In this document: in pieces, positions 31,286 to 41,445 of the stretch
Numbering within the stretch: the stretch's first letter is position 1
How the letters are laid out: every line of letters starts with the position of its first letter
NCBI GenBank assembly: GCA_002391105.1
Contig: DGRT01000037.1
Coordinates: 394-64,393, forward strand
Source: Lachnospiraceae bacterium UBA4381
Lineage (GTDB): Bacteria; Bacillota; Clostridia; Lachnospirales; Lachnospiraceae
DNA: 64,000 bases
Direction of reading: 5' to 3'
The notes under the pieces: model-generated
What the model was told of the DNA's origin: nothing
What the model saw: only the letters and a program-made list of their open reading frames with translations
Databases searched by the model: none
Program-made: the position numbers and the translations under genes

Positions 31286-31345
31286 GTTCCTCGATTGCAT
31301 GACCTGAATAGCTGCTATTTATTTGTTCAGGTCATCCCTTCCTAT
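31286..31345. repeat. Intergenic palindromic repeat
   Basis: atgacctgaata...tgttcaggtcat hairpin; related to 28489, 17662 and 59413. Confidence 0.7.
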
Positions 31346-32521
31346 TTAGAACTGCTCCAGGAAGCGGATATCGTTTTCATAGAGAAGTCTCATATCTGCT
31401 ATCTCATACTTAAGAAGCGCAACTCTTTCCAGCCCGATACCAAAAGCAAATCCTGTATATACCGGAGCGTCCGGATTACTGCTGTCATTGATACCACACA
31501 TTTCCAGGACATCAGGATGAACCATACCACATCCAAGTATCTCGATCCATCCGGAGCTCTTGCAGGCTGTACATGCACAGTCAACCTCACGTCTTACCAG
31601 CTTGCCGTCCTCCTTTACCTCCTCCAGCTTCTTGACACGTCCTGTACCGTGACACTTGAAGCAGGTTACATCAACCTCTGCTGATGGCTCTGTAAACGGA
31701 AAATGATGTGGGCGAAGCTTAGTTTTGGTATCCGGTCCAAAAAACTCCTTTGCAAACTGATCCAGAGTACCCTTCAGATCTGCCATAGTAACATTTTCTC
31801 CTATAACAAGTCCCTCAACCTGATGGAAGGATGGGCTGTGTGTTGCATCCACCTCATCTGAACGGAACACACGTCCCGGTGAAATAAGCTTTATAGGAAG
31901 GCTTCTCTCCGGGAAGCCCTTGGAGGTCTCCTTCAGGCGTCCGGCTGCCAGCATTACTCTTGCCTGAACGGATGAGGTCTGGGTACGGAGCACGATATCG
32001 TCCTCTGTAGTCTCACCCTTGGACTCGTCATGTCTTGCAATGTAGAATGTATCCTGTTCGTCCTTTGCAGGATGATCCTCAGGAATATTCAGAAGCTTGA
32101 AATTCATGCGATCATACTCAATCTCCGGGCCTTCTACTACTTCGTAACCCATTCCTATGAATACTCTTTCAAGATCCTCCAGCGCTATCTGGTTAGGATG
32201 CTTATGACCTCTTACGGTTCTGTTTCCGGGTCTTGTAACATCCAGCCACTCGCTTTCCATCTTCTTCTCGATAACCTTGGCTTTCAGCTCCTTCTTCTTC
32301 TCTGCTATGCTGTTTTCCAGAACATCTCTGACAGCATTTACCATCTGACCAACCTTTGGTCTTTCTTCGGGAGCCACATCCTTCATACCCTTGAGTATCT
32401 GTGTAAGCTCTCCCTTCTTTCCAAGCACTGAGACTCTTATCTCGTCCAGTGATTCAGGGGTTACTGTTTCTGCTATCTGCTTCTCAGCCTGCTCCCTGAT
32501 CTTATCAAGCATTTCCTTCAT
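31346..32521 (-). CDS. pheS: Phenylalanine--tRNA ligase alpha subunit
   Basis: HPAKDEQDTFY, LRTQTS, FHQVEG, FPFTEPS, GFAFGIGLER. Confidence 0.97.
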   Translation of the reverse strand: MKEMLDKIREQAEKQIAETVTPESLDEIRVSVLGKKGELTQILKGMKDVAPEERPKVGQMVNAVRDVLENSIAEKKKELKAKVIEKKMESEWLDVTRPGNRTVRGHKHPNQIALEDLERVFIGMGYEVVEGPEIEYDRMNFKLLNIPEDHPAKDEQDTFYIARHDESKGETTEDDIVLRTQTSSVQARVMLAAGRLKETSKGFPERSLPIKLISPGRVFRSDEVDATHSPSFHQVEGLVIGENVTMADLKGTLDQFAKEFFGPDTKTKLRPHHFPFTEPSAEVDVTCFKCHGTGRVKKLEEVKEDGKLVRREVDCACTACKSSGWIEILGCGMVHPDVLEMCGINDSSNPDAPVYTGFAFGIGLERVALLKYEIADMRLLYENDIRFLEQF

Positions 32522-32619
32522 ATCCTGTTCCTCCTGAAACTATTACTTTTTCTAAATCATTTTATGCTGTAGTTATCATAAGTACCACCCGGCACCTCTC
32601 TCTTCGTGACACCTGAACC

Positions 32620-32956
32620 AAAATAAAAACCGGGTAAAGTGTTCTGACACTCTACCCGGGACGATGTAGTATTACCGCGGTACCACCCGACTTCTATATC
32701 ATTTTCTGATATAACTCTTTTAGACTTAACGCGCCTGACGTCCGAACCTACTACAGAATGATCATAGCCTGTGATTACAGCCTTTCAATGCTGAACCCAG
32801 AGGACAGGTCTTATAATCCTGATCTATAATATCCTGATTCAATCCGGCAGCTTCAGTGTGAAGATAACTGTAACATTCTTCTTGACATAGCTTCCAGCCG
32901 ATGACCACGTCTCTCTGTAAGGGAATATAACAGCTTTATGCACTTTCATAGCCTTT
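32620..32956 (-). promoter_or_regulatory. T-box riboswitch (Phe) leader of pheST
   Basis: Stem I with AGAGA and GCTG motifs, specifier TTC at 32860-32862, T-box GGGTGGTACCGCG near 32676-32688, terminator 32620-32662; TTGACT/TATAAT promoter upstream. Confidence 0.9.
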
Positions 32957-33121
32957 TATATAAAATTTAAACATTAACGATTATAGCATTTAAAAACTTT
33001 TAGTCAAGTGATTTTACAGAGTAAATGCTGTTTCTTATAAAGTAAATACTGCTTCTATAATTGATTCTACATAGTAGATACTGCTTCGTTTTACAAAACG
33101 GAATATCGGAAGGTATTACTG

Positions 33122-34012
33122 CTAGCCTTCAAACAAAGCCGTTGCAACTATACCATACATTTCTCTTACTGAATATGTCGGAACCAGCCACCAGCTTGTT
33201 TTTGCCGGAACTGCAGAGTATGTAAGCCCCATACTTTCAGCAACCGTACCGGCTCTGAATACGTGAAACTCATTTGTTGCAATCGCTACATTCGTTCCGA
33301 GATTCTCATTCTCCAGAATCTCCATTGAATTTTTGATATTCTCTATAGTAGATGTTGATTGATCCTCCATATAGATCCGAGCCCCATCTATACCATTTGC
33401 AACAAGCCAGTTATACATGCACTCGGCTTCAGATATCCCTTCATCACTTCCCTGTCCTCCGGAAACTATACATACAGCCTCCTCATGCTCCTCCAGATAG
33501 CTCTTCGCAGCAATCAGACGTTCCTCCAGCATACTGCACGGGCTCTCTCCATTTACCTTGCATCCAAGAACTATAAGCGTTTCTGTTCCATCTCCAATCT
33601 TAGTGGTCGCTGTAATCATCATAATTGTCGTTACCACTACAGTCGTTACTAACACCGTAGAAAAAACCACAGCAACAAACATCGCAAGTCTGCCATACTT
33701 TCTTCTGACAAACTTTCTGATTCCATTATTGATAACATCGAACATTATCGAATAACTGATCATAAGGACTGCAATTATTGTACCTGTAATATTTCCAATA
33801 TTGATGATTCCGCTGGCAAAGGGATTTGTAAAAAGTCCAAAGAGTATCCCACCAGAAAGTGCAAGAAGTATTCTTACTATATTTTGTCTATTTATATTGG
33901 TCTTAAACCAATTTTTTAAAATGTCCTTTTTATTAATGTTTGCGTTCTTATTTGTATTATCTACGTTCTTATTCTCATTCATATGCATAACCCCGTTAAT
34001 TCTTTCAACCAT
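33122..34012 (-). CDS. YdcF/DUF218 family membrane protein
   Basis: IVLG, SGGQG..E..SEA, EDQSTST.EN, TNEFHVFRA, RE; start codon uncertain. Confidence 0.85.
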   Translation of the reverse strand: MVERINGVMHMNENKNVDNTNKNANINKKDILKNWFKTNINRQNIVRILLALSGGILFGLFTNPFASGIINIGNITGTIIAVLMISYSIMFDVINNGIRKFVRRKYGRLAMFVAVVFSTVLVTTVVVTTIMMITATTKIGDGTETLIVLGCKVNGESPCSMLEERLIAAKSYLEEHEEAVCIVSGGQGSDEGISEAECMYNWLVANGIDGARIYMEDQSTSTIENIKNSMEILENENLGTNVAIATNEFHVFRAGTVAESMGLTYSAVPAKTSWWLVPTYSVREMYGIVATALFEG

Positions 34013-34025
34013 TTCACCTGTAACA

Positions 34026-34147
34026 AGTTATTCCTTTGATTGATATATACCCCTGCTTCGCATCTGATATCAATCTCCGGTAACTTATCGTCCAAAAGTA
34101 AGGTCTCGCTTCGCTCGACTTTGTTTTCCTTCCGATAAGTTGTATTC
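34026..34147 (-). repeat. GNA-hairpin dispersed element, internally deleted copy A
   Basis: Matches 40073-40237 with one cloverleaf arm missing and two fused. Confidence 0.85.
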
Positions 34148-34235
34148 TGCAATAAATTAACATCAATTATGCATCGTATTACCTAACATTTAGCATACAA
34201 ACCATTAACAAATAATTAATATGACACCCAAATCA

Positions 34236-34266
34236 TAAAAAAGACAGGCGGTTCTCACCACCTGTC
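34236..34266 (-). terminator. Intrinsic terminator
   Basis: gacagg.gg / cc.cctgtc stem with T-run on the minus strand. Confidence 0.65.
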
Positions 34267-34362
34267 CCAAATATTTATATGCTTATCTATAGCAGTTCGT
34301 ATCATAACGCATCCGTAGAGACAATCTGCAGAAATTGCGCTTCATATTACACCGCCACCCAG

Positions 34363-35841
34363 TTAGTATGGACTGTACATCAGTTCCTCTATATCCTTAT
34401 GACCATAATCATAAAGCTGCTGCATGATGTAATCCTGAACCTCCTTAGGAGCATTTATCACTATTATCTCCTTGAAGCTGTCAACATAGTGACACCACTT
34501 TTCATACGCCTCGGCTTTATCACTCTCTGACGGTTCTTTGACAGCATTTTCCTTATTGAATCCAAGATTCTCCTCAGACTTAAGTATCTCCTTCATTCCA
34601 AGAGACTTAAAGGTTATACCGTAAGCTATTCTCTGAAGCTCCTCAGTTCTGACAAATCCACAGTCATACATCTCTGTAACGATCTCAGGAATAACCGCAT
34701 CAGGGGAGTTAAAGTAATGGCACTTGAAGTACATATCCTCCTTACGGGGAAGTCCCTCGACATCCTGCTTGTTATACCAGAAATACTGGGCAACCTTTAT
34801 CTCACCGTCTGTAGAGCCAAACTTCTCCTCGAATACCTTATCCTTCTTCTTGATCTTACGCTTCTTCTTTTCAGGCTTAGGATTCTCCTCCAGGAATTCC
34901 TTTACTTCAGTAAGCTCTTCCTCTGTAGGTTCCGGAACAACATTCACCGGATTAACAGTTATCTTACCTTCAGAATGCTGGCTTATATTCATTCCCGAGA
35001 GATCCGGTCCCTTGATTACAGGAGTCTCCTGTACCGGTGCACCCGTTTCTACTCCGGAACCGGACTGAACCGGAGATACATAAGCAGCATTTTCCGTTCC
35101 CGCTGCAGCTACACCCTCAGGTCCAAGTATTGATTCAGGTGTAGGATTAGGAATCACAGGATCTATCTTTTCTTCATAGGCAGGTCTATCTACAAATGCA
35201 CTGTCAAACGATGCATTATACTCCGGAGCTTCTGCCCTCTGCTTTGCAGTAGTGCTGTAATCCTCTCCGGATTCCATAGCCTCAGCGCGCGCCTTCTTGA
35301 GAGCATTTCTGATCTTTGTTGTATCAAGCTCACCGGTTGCTCCATCAGGATCGGCAGCATCACCTTGTTCTGAATAGTCATCATCAGAAGAATCATCATA
35401 GTCTTCTTCAGAATAAGCATCCTCTGTATCGGTTGCTTCGCCATCCTTTGCCGCCTCACCATGAACCGCATCAGCTATAGCCTGTGCTCTCTCAGCAGCA
35501 GTCTTACGTGCTTCCTTATCGGCAGCCTTTGCAGCCTCGGCAGCTTCACGCTCGATCTTTTCAGCCTCCATCTTAGCCTTAGTGCCTTCAACAGATTCAA
35601 CGGCCTCTCTGATCATCTTAGAGGTTTCATCCTCTTCCTCTTCTTCATCTTCCTCATCATCATCTAATAGAACAGGCTTTCCTGTCTTCTCTTCATCCTC
35701 TTCTATCTCATAATTAGTTCTGAGAATCTTTATAGTCACTATGATAAGTACAAGTAAAAATATAAGCAGAACTGCTGCAAAACCAAGAATCAAAAGAGTA
35801 GATGTATCCATTTCCTTCAGGGCATCTATCAGATCTTTCAT
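34363..35841 (-). CDS. Hypothetical membrane-anchored acidic protein
   Basis: N-terminal TM, long D/E/A-rich region, globular-looking C-terminus; GGAGG SD. Confidence 0.75.
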   Translation of the reverse strand: MKDLIDALKEMDTSTLLILGFAAVLLIFLLVLIIVTIKILRTNYEIEEDEEKTGKPVLLDDDEEDEEEEEDETSKMIREAVESVEGTKAKMEAEKIEREAAEAAKAADKEARKTAAERAQAIADAVHGEAAKDGEATDTEDAYSEEDYDDSSDDDYSEQGDAADPDGATGELDTTKIRNALKKARAEAMESGEDYSTTAKQRAEAPEYNASFDSAFVDRPAYEEKIDPVIPNPTPESILGPEGVAAAGTENAAYVSPVQSGSGVETGAPVQETPVIKGPDLSGMNISQHSEGKITVNPVNVVPEPTEEELTEVKEFLEENPKPEKKKRKIKKKDKVFEEKFGSTDGEIKVAQYFWYNKQDVEGLPRKEDMYFKCHYFNSPDAVIPEIVTEMYDCGFVRTEELQRIAYGITFKSLGMKEILKSEENLGFNKENAVKEPSESDKAEAYEKWCHYVDSFKEIIVINAPKEVQDYIMQQLYDYGHKDIEELMYSPY

Positions 35842-35923
35842 CTATAGTAATCCTCCGTTATATACAGAAAGTCATCTAAAACCTAACTTAACTAGTAGAG
35901 TATAACGCATTAAATGTTATATT

Positions 35924-37384
35924 TCAAGAAAGCATTTCAATGGCAGCATCTATTCTCTTAAGCGATTCCTCCTTGCCTAAAATGGACATAAGCTCGGTAG
36001 CCCCGCCCGGAGTTGCCGCCTTTCCGGACATAGCCGTCCTGAGTGGCCACATCACAAAGCCTGTCTTATACTCCTTCTCAGCGCCAAATGCCTTCAGAAG
36101 CTCGAAGAGAGAGTCATTATCAAACTTATCAGCCGCCTCAAGAACAGGTCTGACCTCTTTCAGAAGCTGCAGACTGTTCTCGGGATTCGTCTTCATTTTC
36201 TTATGTGTATAAAGCTCTGCAGAATACTCAGGAACTGCCTCAAAGAAATCCACCTGCTCAGCTATATCTGTAAAGACCTCGATACGGCTCTGAACCATAG
36301 ACGCTATCTTCCTAAGATCAACATTCCTCTTAATAGTTTCCTTAAGAATCGGCTCTGCCTTCTCATAGAAAGCCTCCGGATCCATCTTCTTTATATATTC
36401 AGAGTTCATCCACTTAAGCTTGGTCATATCCAGAACAGCAGGTGATTTGGATATCTTATGATAATCAAATTCCTTTACCAGCTCCTCCAGACTGAATATC
36501 TCCTCATTTCCCTCCGGACTCCATCCAAGAAGGGAAACAAAATTTACAACAGTTTCTGTAAGGAAGCCCTGTTCCAGAAGATCCTCAAAGGAAGAATGTC
36601 CGCTTCTCTTGGAAAGCTTGTTATGATTCTCATCAGTAATGAGCGGACAGTGAATATATACCGGAACCTCCCAGCCAAATGCCTCATACAGTCTGTTGTA
36701 CTTTGGCGCTGATGAAAGATACTCATTTCCACGAACCACATGAGTTATTCCCATAAGATGATCATCAACTACATTTGCAAAATTATAAGTAGGGAAGCCA
36801 TCTGACTTAATAAGGATCATATCATCCAGCTCTGCATTTGGAACTGATATGGTTCCATAGAGCTCATCCTCAAACTTGGTCTCTCCCTCCATAGGATTGT
36901 TCTGTCTGATAACATAAGGCATTCCGGCATCCAGCTTTGCCTGAACTTCTTCCTTGGAAAGCTTCAGACAATGCTTATCATAACGCATTACCTTCTTAAC
37001 CTCACCATCTATTTCTATCTCCTGGCTGAGAGTCTTAAGCCTCTCCTCGTCACAGAAGCAGTAGTATGCCTCTCCTTTTTCAACCAGCTTCCTGGCATAG
37101 TCCAGATATATTCCCTGAGCCATCCTCTCTGACTGAATATATGGTCCTACACCGCCGTCCTTATCAGGACCCTCATCCCATAAAAGCCCTGTCTCTCTGA
37201 GAGTTCTGTAAATGATATCTACAGCTCCCTCCATCTCTCTGTTCTGATCAGTATCCTCTATACGAAGAATAAAATCTCCACCCTCATGCTTTGCGATAAG
37301 ATACGCATAAAGTGCTGTACGAAGATTTCCTACATGCATTCTTCCTGTAGGACTTGGGGCAAACCTTGTTCTGATTTTTGACAT
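35924..37384 (-). CDS. gltX: Glutamate--tRNA ligase
   Basis: [24 protein letters not shown]. Confidence 0.97.
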   Translation of the reverse strand: MSKIRTRFAPSPTGRMHVGNLRTALYAYLIAKHEGGDFILRIEDTDQNREMEGAVDIIYRTLRETGLLWDEGPDKDGGVGPYIQSERMAQGIYLDYARKLVEKGEAYYCFCDEERLKTLSQEIEIDGEVKKVMRYDKHCLKLSKEEVQAKLDAGMPYVIRQNNPMEGETKFEDELYGTISVPNAELDDMILIKSDGFPTYNFANVVDDHLMGITHVVRGNEYLSSAPKYNRLYEAFGWEVPVYIHCPLITDENHNKLSKRSGHSSFEDLLEQGFLTETVVNFVSLLGWSPEGNEEIFSLEELVKEFDYHKISKSPAVLDMTKLKWMNSEYIKKMDPEAFYEKAEPILKETIKRNVDLRKIASMVQSRIEVFTDIAEQVDFFEAVPEYSAELYTHKKMKTNPENSLQLLKEVRPVLEAADKFDNDSLFELLKAFGAEKEYKTGFVMWPLRTAMSGKAATPGGATELMSILGKEESLKRIDAAIEMLS

Positions 37385-37419
37385 TTTATATTTCCTCCAT
37401 CTTAAACTTAAAGCAGCTT

Positions 37420-38382
37420 TTATTGATTAATAAAATCCTCCGGACTTGTATCCAGAAGCTTATCCATTTCCTCTCTGGTATATTCTCCCGTCTCGCTTTC
37501 CAGCTCGTCATCATCCCAGACCTCAGCCTTGTCATCCGCATACTTGCTAAGCTCATATTCCTCATCCCTCTTCCTGCAGAAATGAAGATACTCATTAAGC
37601 TGAGCGCCCCAGAATACCAGATATATAACAAAATACATCCAGAACATCAGCATAATCACTGTAGTAAGTGAACCATACATGTAGCTTTTGGAAGCATAGA
37701 CATCTATATATATAGAAAACAGCTTCGTCACCGTAACCCAGCCAAAGGCAGCAAACAGTGCTCCCGGAACCTGATTCTTAAACTTCAGTTTTCTGGTGGG
37801 AACGATAGTGTACATCAGCTCAAACATGATAAACAGAAGGATAAATGTAGCAACCCCCTTCAGACTCATTACAAGCCATGCCTCATTTGCATATTCCGGA
37901 AATCTCTTAAGGATATACATGGCTATCTGAGTTCCAAACATATTGATAGGAACCAGTGCAAGCAGAAGAACTATAAATACTCCGGTATAGATAGCACTGA
38001 TACTACGAATGATAAAATAATTTCTGCTCTCTCTGGATCTATATATTTCATTTAACCCATTTCGAATCGCCATAAGTCCTATAGCACCGGACCATATTGC
38101 AATGATAACGGATATTATAGTAAGAGAACCGGTCGAATTGTCATACATATCAGAGATAAGCCCGCCAATATATCCTTCAAACTCACTTGGCAGAACATAA
38201 TATATTATCTCCATGACCTGTTCCTTGCTGAATGGCAGAAATGCAGGCAGGGAAATGATTATATTAATTATCGGAAAAAAAGACAGAAAAATAAAGAATG
38301 CCGATTGAGCTGCAAAGGCACCCATATGTTCATCTACTGTTCCATCCAAAAACCGAAGTATATCCTTTACGCGATTCTTCAA
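37420..38382 (-). CDS. YihY/BrkB family membrane protein
   Basis: [27 protein letters not shown]; likely TTG start at 38382. Confidence 0.88.
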   Translation of the reverse strand: MKNRVKDILRFLDGTVDEHMGAFAAQSAFFIFLSFFPIINIIISLPAFLPFSKEQVMEIIYYVLPSEFEGYIGGLISDMYDNSTGSLTIISVIIAIWSGAIGLMAIRNGLNEIYRSRESRNYFIIRSISAIYTGVFIVLLLALVPINMFGTQIAMYILKRFPEYANEAWLVMSLKGVATFILLFIMFELMYTIVPTRKLKFKNQVPGALFAAFGWVTVTKLFSIYIDVYASKSYMYGSLTTVIMLMFWMYFVIYLVFWGAQLNEYLHFCRKRDEEYELSKYADDKAEVWDDDELESETGEYTREEMDKLLDTSPEDFINQ

Positions 38383-38521
38383 ACAGTTTCTCCAATCTGT
38401 CCCCAAATGGCAGGGCATTCACCCGTACCTATAATGAAAAAAAGCTTAGCGCAAATACGTTAAGCTATCCTGTCACATAATGTCTTATCTTATAATGTCA
38501 TGTCTCGTCCATTAACTGTTA

Positions 38522-38703
38522 TTAAACATCCAAGATGCCGGCTCCTACTTTTTGACGCCTAACGGACGTCAAGTGGGTGCGTGCACTGTAGTTTCTGAAG
38601 TCCACTCAATGGAGGCCGGTCATCTGCTACACGAAGCAATGCTCCCTAGAAATAAATGTAGGTTCAAAATATGTAGGAGTTATCGAGCATCCCAGACATT
38701 TAA
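38522..38703 (-). ncRNA. ssrS: 6S RNA (SsrS)
   Basis: ~180 nt; ends pair (aatgtctgggatgc..ctcctac / gtaggag..gcatcttggatgtt); internal TTGAACC, AGGGAG, GCACCCAC as in clostridial 6S; promoter TTGCAT-17-TATAAT upstream. Confidence 0.8.
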
Positions 38704-38804
38704 ATCATATCTTTATTAAGATAACTTAATTATAGTCTCTGACTCGCTTTAATGCAAGCATGTTTTTATTAAAAAAGTATTACTGTTTTGGGTCATTTGT
38801 TAAG

Positions 38805-40040
38805 TCATGACCGGGGAACCAGATGTGGTATCGAAGCATATAGCGGAAGTCCGTCCTTATAAACAGGCTGCAGTTCTCCCTGAATAAGCGGCATTATATA
38901 ATCCACTATTTCAGTAGTGACATCATTTCCGGCTTCGTTTATCCACTCTCTTGGCACACATCTTTCTTTATTTGCAATCGAGTCAAGCTCAACCATGTAA
39001 AATGATACGGCATAATTATCATCTGCCTCGCTGTACTCAGAGTCCACTCTCTTGATAGATGCCATAAATCCGGTATAGCCCTCTATCGTCTTTTCCACCG
39101 CAAACCAGCCAAGTCCTTCTGCCTCAAGAAGATCAGTTTTGGAGGATATATGACCGGCACATCTCTGAAGTATATTCAGCTCTACAGATCTGCATTTGAT
39201 TCCCAACCTGTCACGTACCACTGTTTCAAGATATTTTCCGACTCCGGAGAGCTGAGCATGACCAAACTTATCCTCCCTGGCTGTCGAAGCTGTCATATAC
39301 TGCCCCTGTTTATTCTTCAGACCTTCGGACACCGCTACAACCACATTATTAGTTTTCTCCAGAACCTTCTTTACATCATCTATGAATTCATCCTCAGAAT
39401 GTGTCACCTCCGGAAGATAGATAAGCTGTGGTGTAGGATTTGTATCATTTCGGGCAAGGGCGGCCGCAGCAGTAAGCCAGCCGGCATTTCTTCCCATTAT
39501 CTCAACTATAGTAACACAAGGTGCCTCATAAACAGCAGTATCATAGCCTATCTCAAGCATTGTTGAAGCTATGAACTTAGCCGCCGAACCATATCCGGGT
39601 GTATGATCAATATTTACCAGATCATTATCAATGGTTTTGGGCACACCGGCAAATCTAACGTCGCTGCCGATGAGCTTTGCGTATTTGCTCAGCTTATCAA
39701 CAGTATCCATGGAATCATTTCCGCCTATATAGAAAAATGCTCCTATATCATATTTTTTAAATACTTCAAATAACCTTGTAAATGTTTCATTACCCGGAGC
39801 CACCTCCGGCAGCTTTACCCTGCAGGATCCCAGATAACTGGCAGGAGTTCTCATAATGAGTTCCTCCTCAGTATCTGTTAACTCCATAAAATCTTCATTT
39901 ATTACCCCACTAATACCATGAAGAGCACCAAATATTTTATCATAGCTGTCACATTCTCTGGCTGCTCTAACAACTCCTATGAGCGACGCATTGATAGCAG
40001 ACGTCGGTCCCCCTGACTGAGCCACTATTATATTACTCAT
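38805..40040 (-). CDS. 6-phosphofructokinase (probably PPi-dependent type)
   Basis: QSGGPT, GGNDS, PKTIDND, MGRNAGW. Confidence 0.9.
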   Translation of the reverse strand: MSNIIVAQSGGPTSAINASLIGVVRAARECDSYDKIFGALHGISGVINEDFMELTDTEEELIMRTPASYLGSCRVKLPEVAPGNETFTRLFEVFKKYDIGAFFYIGGNDSMDTVDKLSKYAKLIGSDVRFAGVPKTIDNDLVNIDHTPGYGSAAKFIASTMLEIGYDTAVYEAPCVTIVEIMGRNAGWLTAAAALARNDTNPTPQLIYLPEVTHSEDEFIDDVKKVLEKTNNVVVAVSEGLKNKQGQYMTASTAREDKFGHAQLSGVGKYLETVVRDRLGIKCRSVELNILQRCAGHISSKTDLLEAEGLGWFAVEKTIEGYTGFMASIKRVDSEYSEADDNYAVSFYMVELDSIANKERCVPREWINEAGNDVTTEIVDYIMPLIQGELQPVYKDGLPLYASIPHLVPRS

Positions 40041-40072
40041 TAATCTGTCTCCCGGTATTATATATTATAAGT

Positions 40073-40237
40073 AGTTATTCCTTCGATTAATACTTAATAC
40101 ATCTCGCTTCGCTCGATGCATTACCCCTGCTTCGCAGGGGCGGATGCTTCGCATCCGGTATTAATCTTCGGTAACTTATCGTCCAAAAGTAAGGTCTCGC
40201 TACGCTCGACTTTCCTTTTGTTCCGATAAGTTATATT
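40073..40237 (-). repeat. GNA-hairpin dispersed element, full copy B
   Basis: 152/162 identical to the reverse complement of 46839-47000. Confidence 0.9.
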
Positions 40238-40245
40238 TTAAGCAG

Positions 40246-41445
40246 TTATTCTGCCTCATCAGTCCCGTCAGTTTCATCATTCTCAGGCTCGGGAACTGTA
40301 ATTGCTCCCTCGCTTCCGTAACCTGTTTCGGCTGTTATCATTGAGCTGATTCCCTGAACAGTTGTTGTCGGAATATAACCATTCATATCGAACAGATACT
40401 TCTGCATGGCGATAACATTTTCCGTCAGATCCACAGGTGCTATGCAGGAGCCCTTAGTCTCATTAGAATAGAATTTCCACTCGATCGGAAAGCCCACGCT
40501 GCCGGACAATTCATAGGAGGTTACTCCCTTAGCCAGCTCATACACCTGATCTTCGGTAATAGATGTTCCAACGTACGGAAAAACCTGATCAATGATGGAG
40601 CTCAGAGTCATAATGTCAGACTCCTTCGCCTTAGCCAGCATAGCTTCGATTACTTCGCGCTGACGCTCGGTTCTGGTTATATCTCCCTGATCTGTACTTC
40701 TGATTCTGGAATAAGCTGTAGCCTGTGCACCATTGAGTGTCACATAGCCGGTCTCATAGATACCATCCGAGTTGATTCCATTTACCTGAATCTGTTCAGC
40801 CAGAACGCCGTTGAGTGTATCCAGTTCATTTTCCTCGATATGAACCGTAACTCCTCCAAGCGCGTCAATGGCACGGGTCAGAGCCTCCCAGTTAACGGTT
40901 ACATACTCCGTAATATTCAGATCAAGATTCTTGTTCAGTGTCTGAACAGCCAGCTCAGGGCCACCATAAGCATAGGCAGCATTTACCTTGGTAGTAACTG
41001 CAGAGCCGTCTTCCTTGGTCACCTGAAGCAGTGTATCCCTGTACACCGACAGAAGTTTTATCTTTTTAGTCTCATTATTGATACTTGCAATGAGGATCGC
41101 ATCACTCCTGCTTCCCTTGCCAAGCGAATTATCCCTGGCATCGATTCCGAAAAGAGCTATATTAGTGTAGCCATCCAGCTCCTGACTGATTCCTTCATTT
41201 ATATCCAGATCTTCAACCTTAATATCTGTAACATGGTTGAACTTCTGGTATTTATCGTGAATCAGTGCTCTCATAACACCATACCCCAGTACCATGATCA
41301 GGATAAGCTCAACTATAAATGCTATCCCCCACTTGACCAAAGGGCTTGTTTTTCTTCGTCTTTTCCTTTTTTTACGGGAAGGCGGAGTATTATCCAGCTT
41401 GTCAGCCAGATCCTCATCCAGATCATCATATGACCTTCTAGCCAT
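40246..41445 (-). CDS. LCP (LytR-CpsA-Psr) family protein
   Basis: GIDAR..RSDAI, SVYRD, KVNAAY..GG, YSRIR, D..RTERQR. Confidence 0.92.
   Translation of the reverse strand: MARRSYDDLDEDLADKLDNTPPSRKKRKRRRKTSPLVKWGIAFIVELILIMVLGYGVMRALIHDKYQKFNHVTDIKVEDLDINEGISQELDGYTNIALFGIDARDNSLGKGSRSDAILIASINNETKKIKLLSVYRDTLLQVTKEDGSAVTTKVNAAYAYGGPELAVQTLNKNLDLNITEYVTVNWEALTRAIDALGGVTVHIEENELDTLNGVLAEQIQVNGINSDGIYETGYVTLNGAQATAYSRIRSTDQGDITRTERQREVIEAMLAKAKESDIMTLSSIIDQVFPYVGTSITEDQVYELAKGVTSYELSGSVGFPIEWKFYSNETKGSCIAPVDLTENVIAMQKYLFDMNGYIPTTTVQGISSMITAETGYGSEGAITVPEPENDETDGTDEAE

Noticed and set aside
40073-40237. Element as RNA with UUCG tetraloops, or as a tRNA
   Set aside because: gcTTCGc lacks the c-UUCG-g closing pair; stems close 3-nt loops; no anticodon loop, T-loop or CCA.
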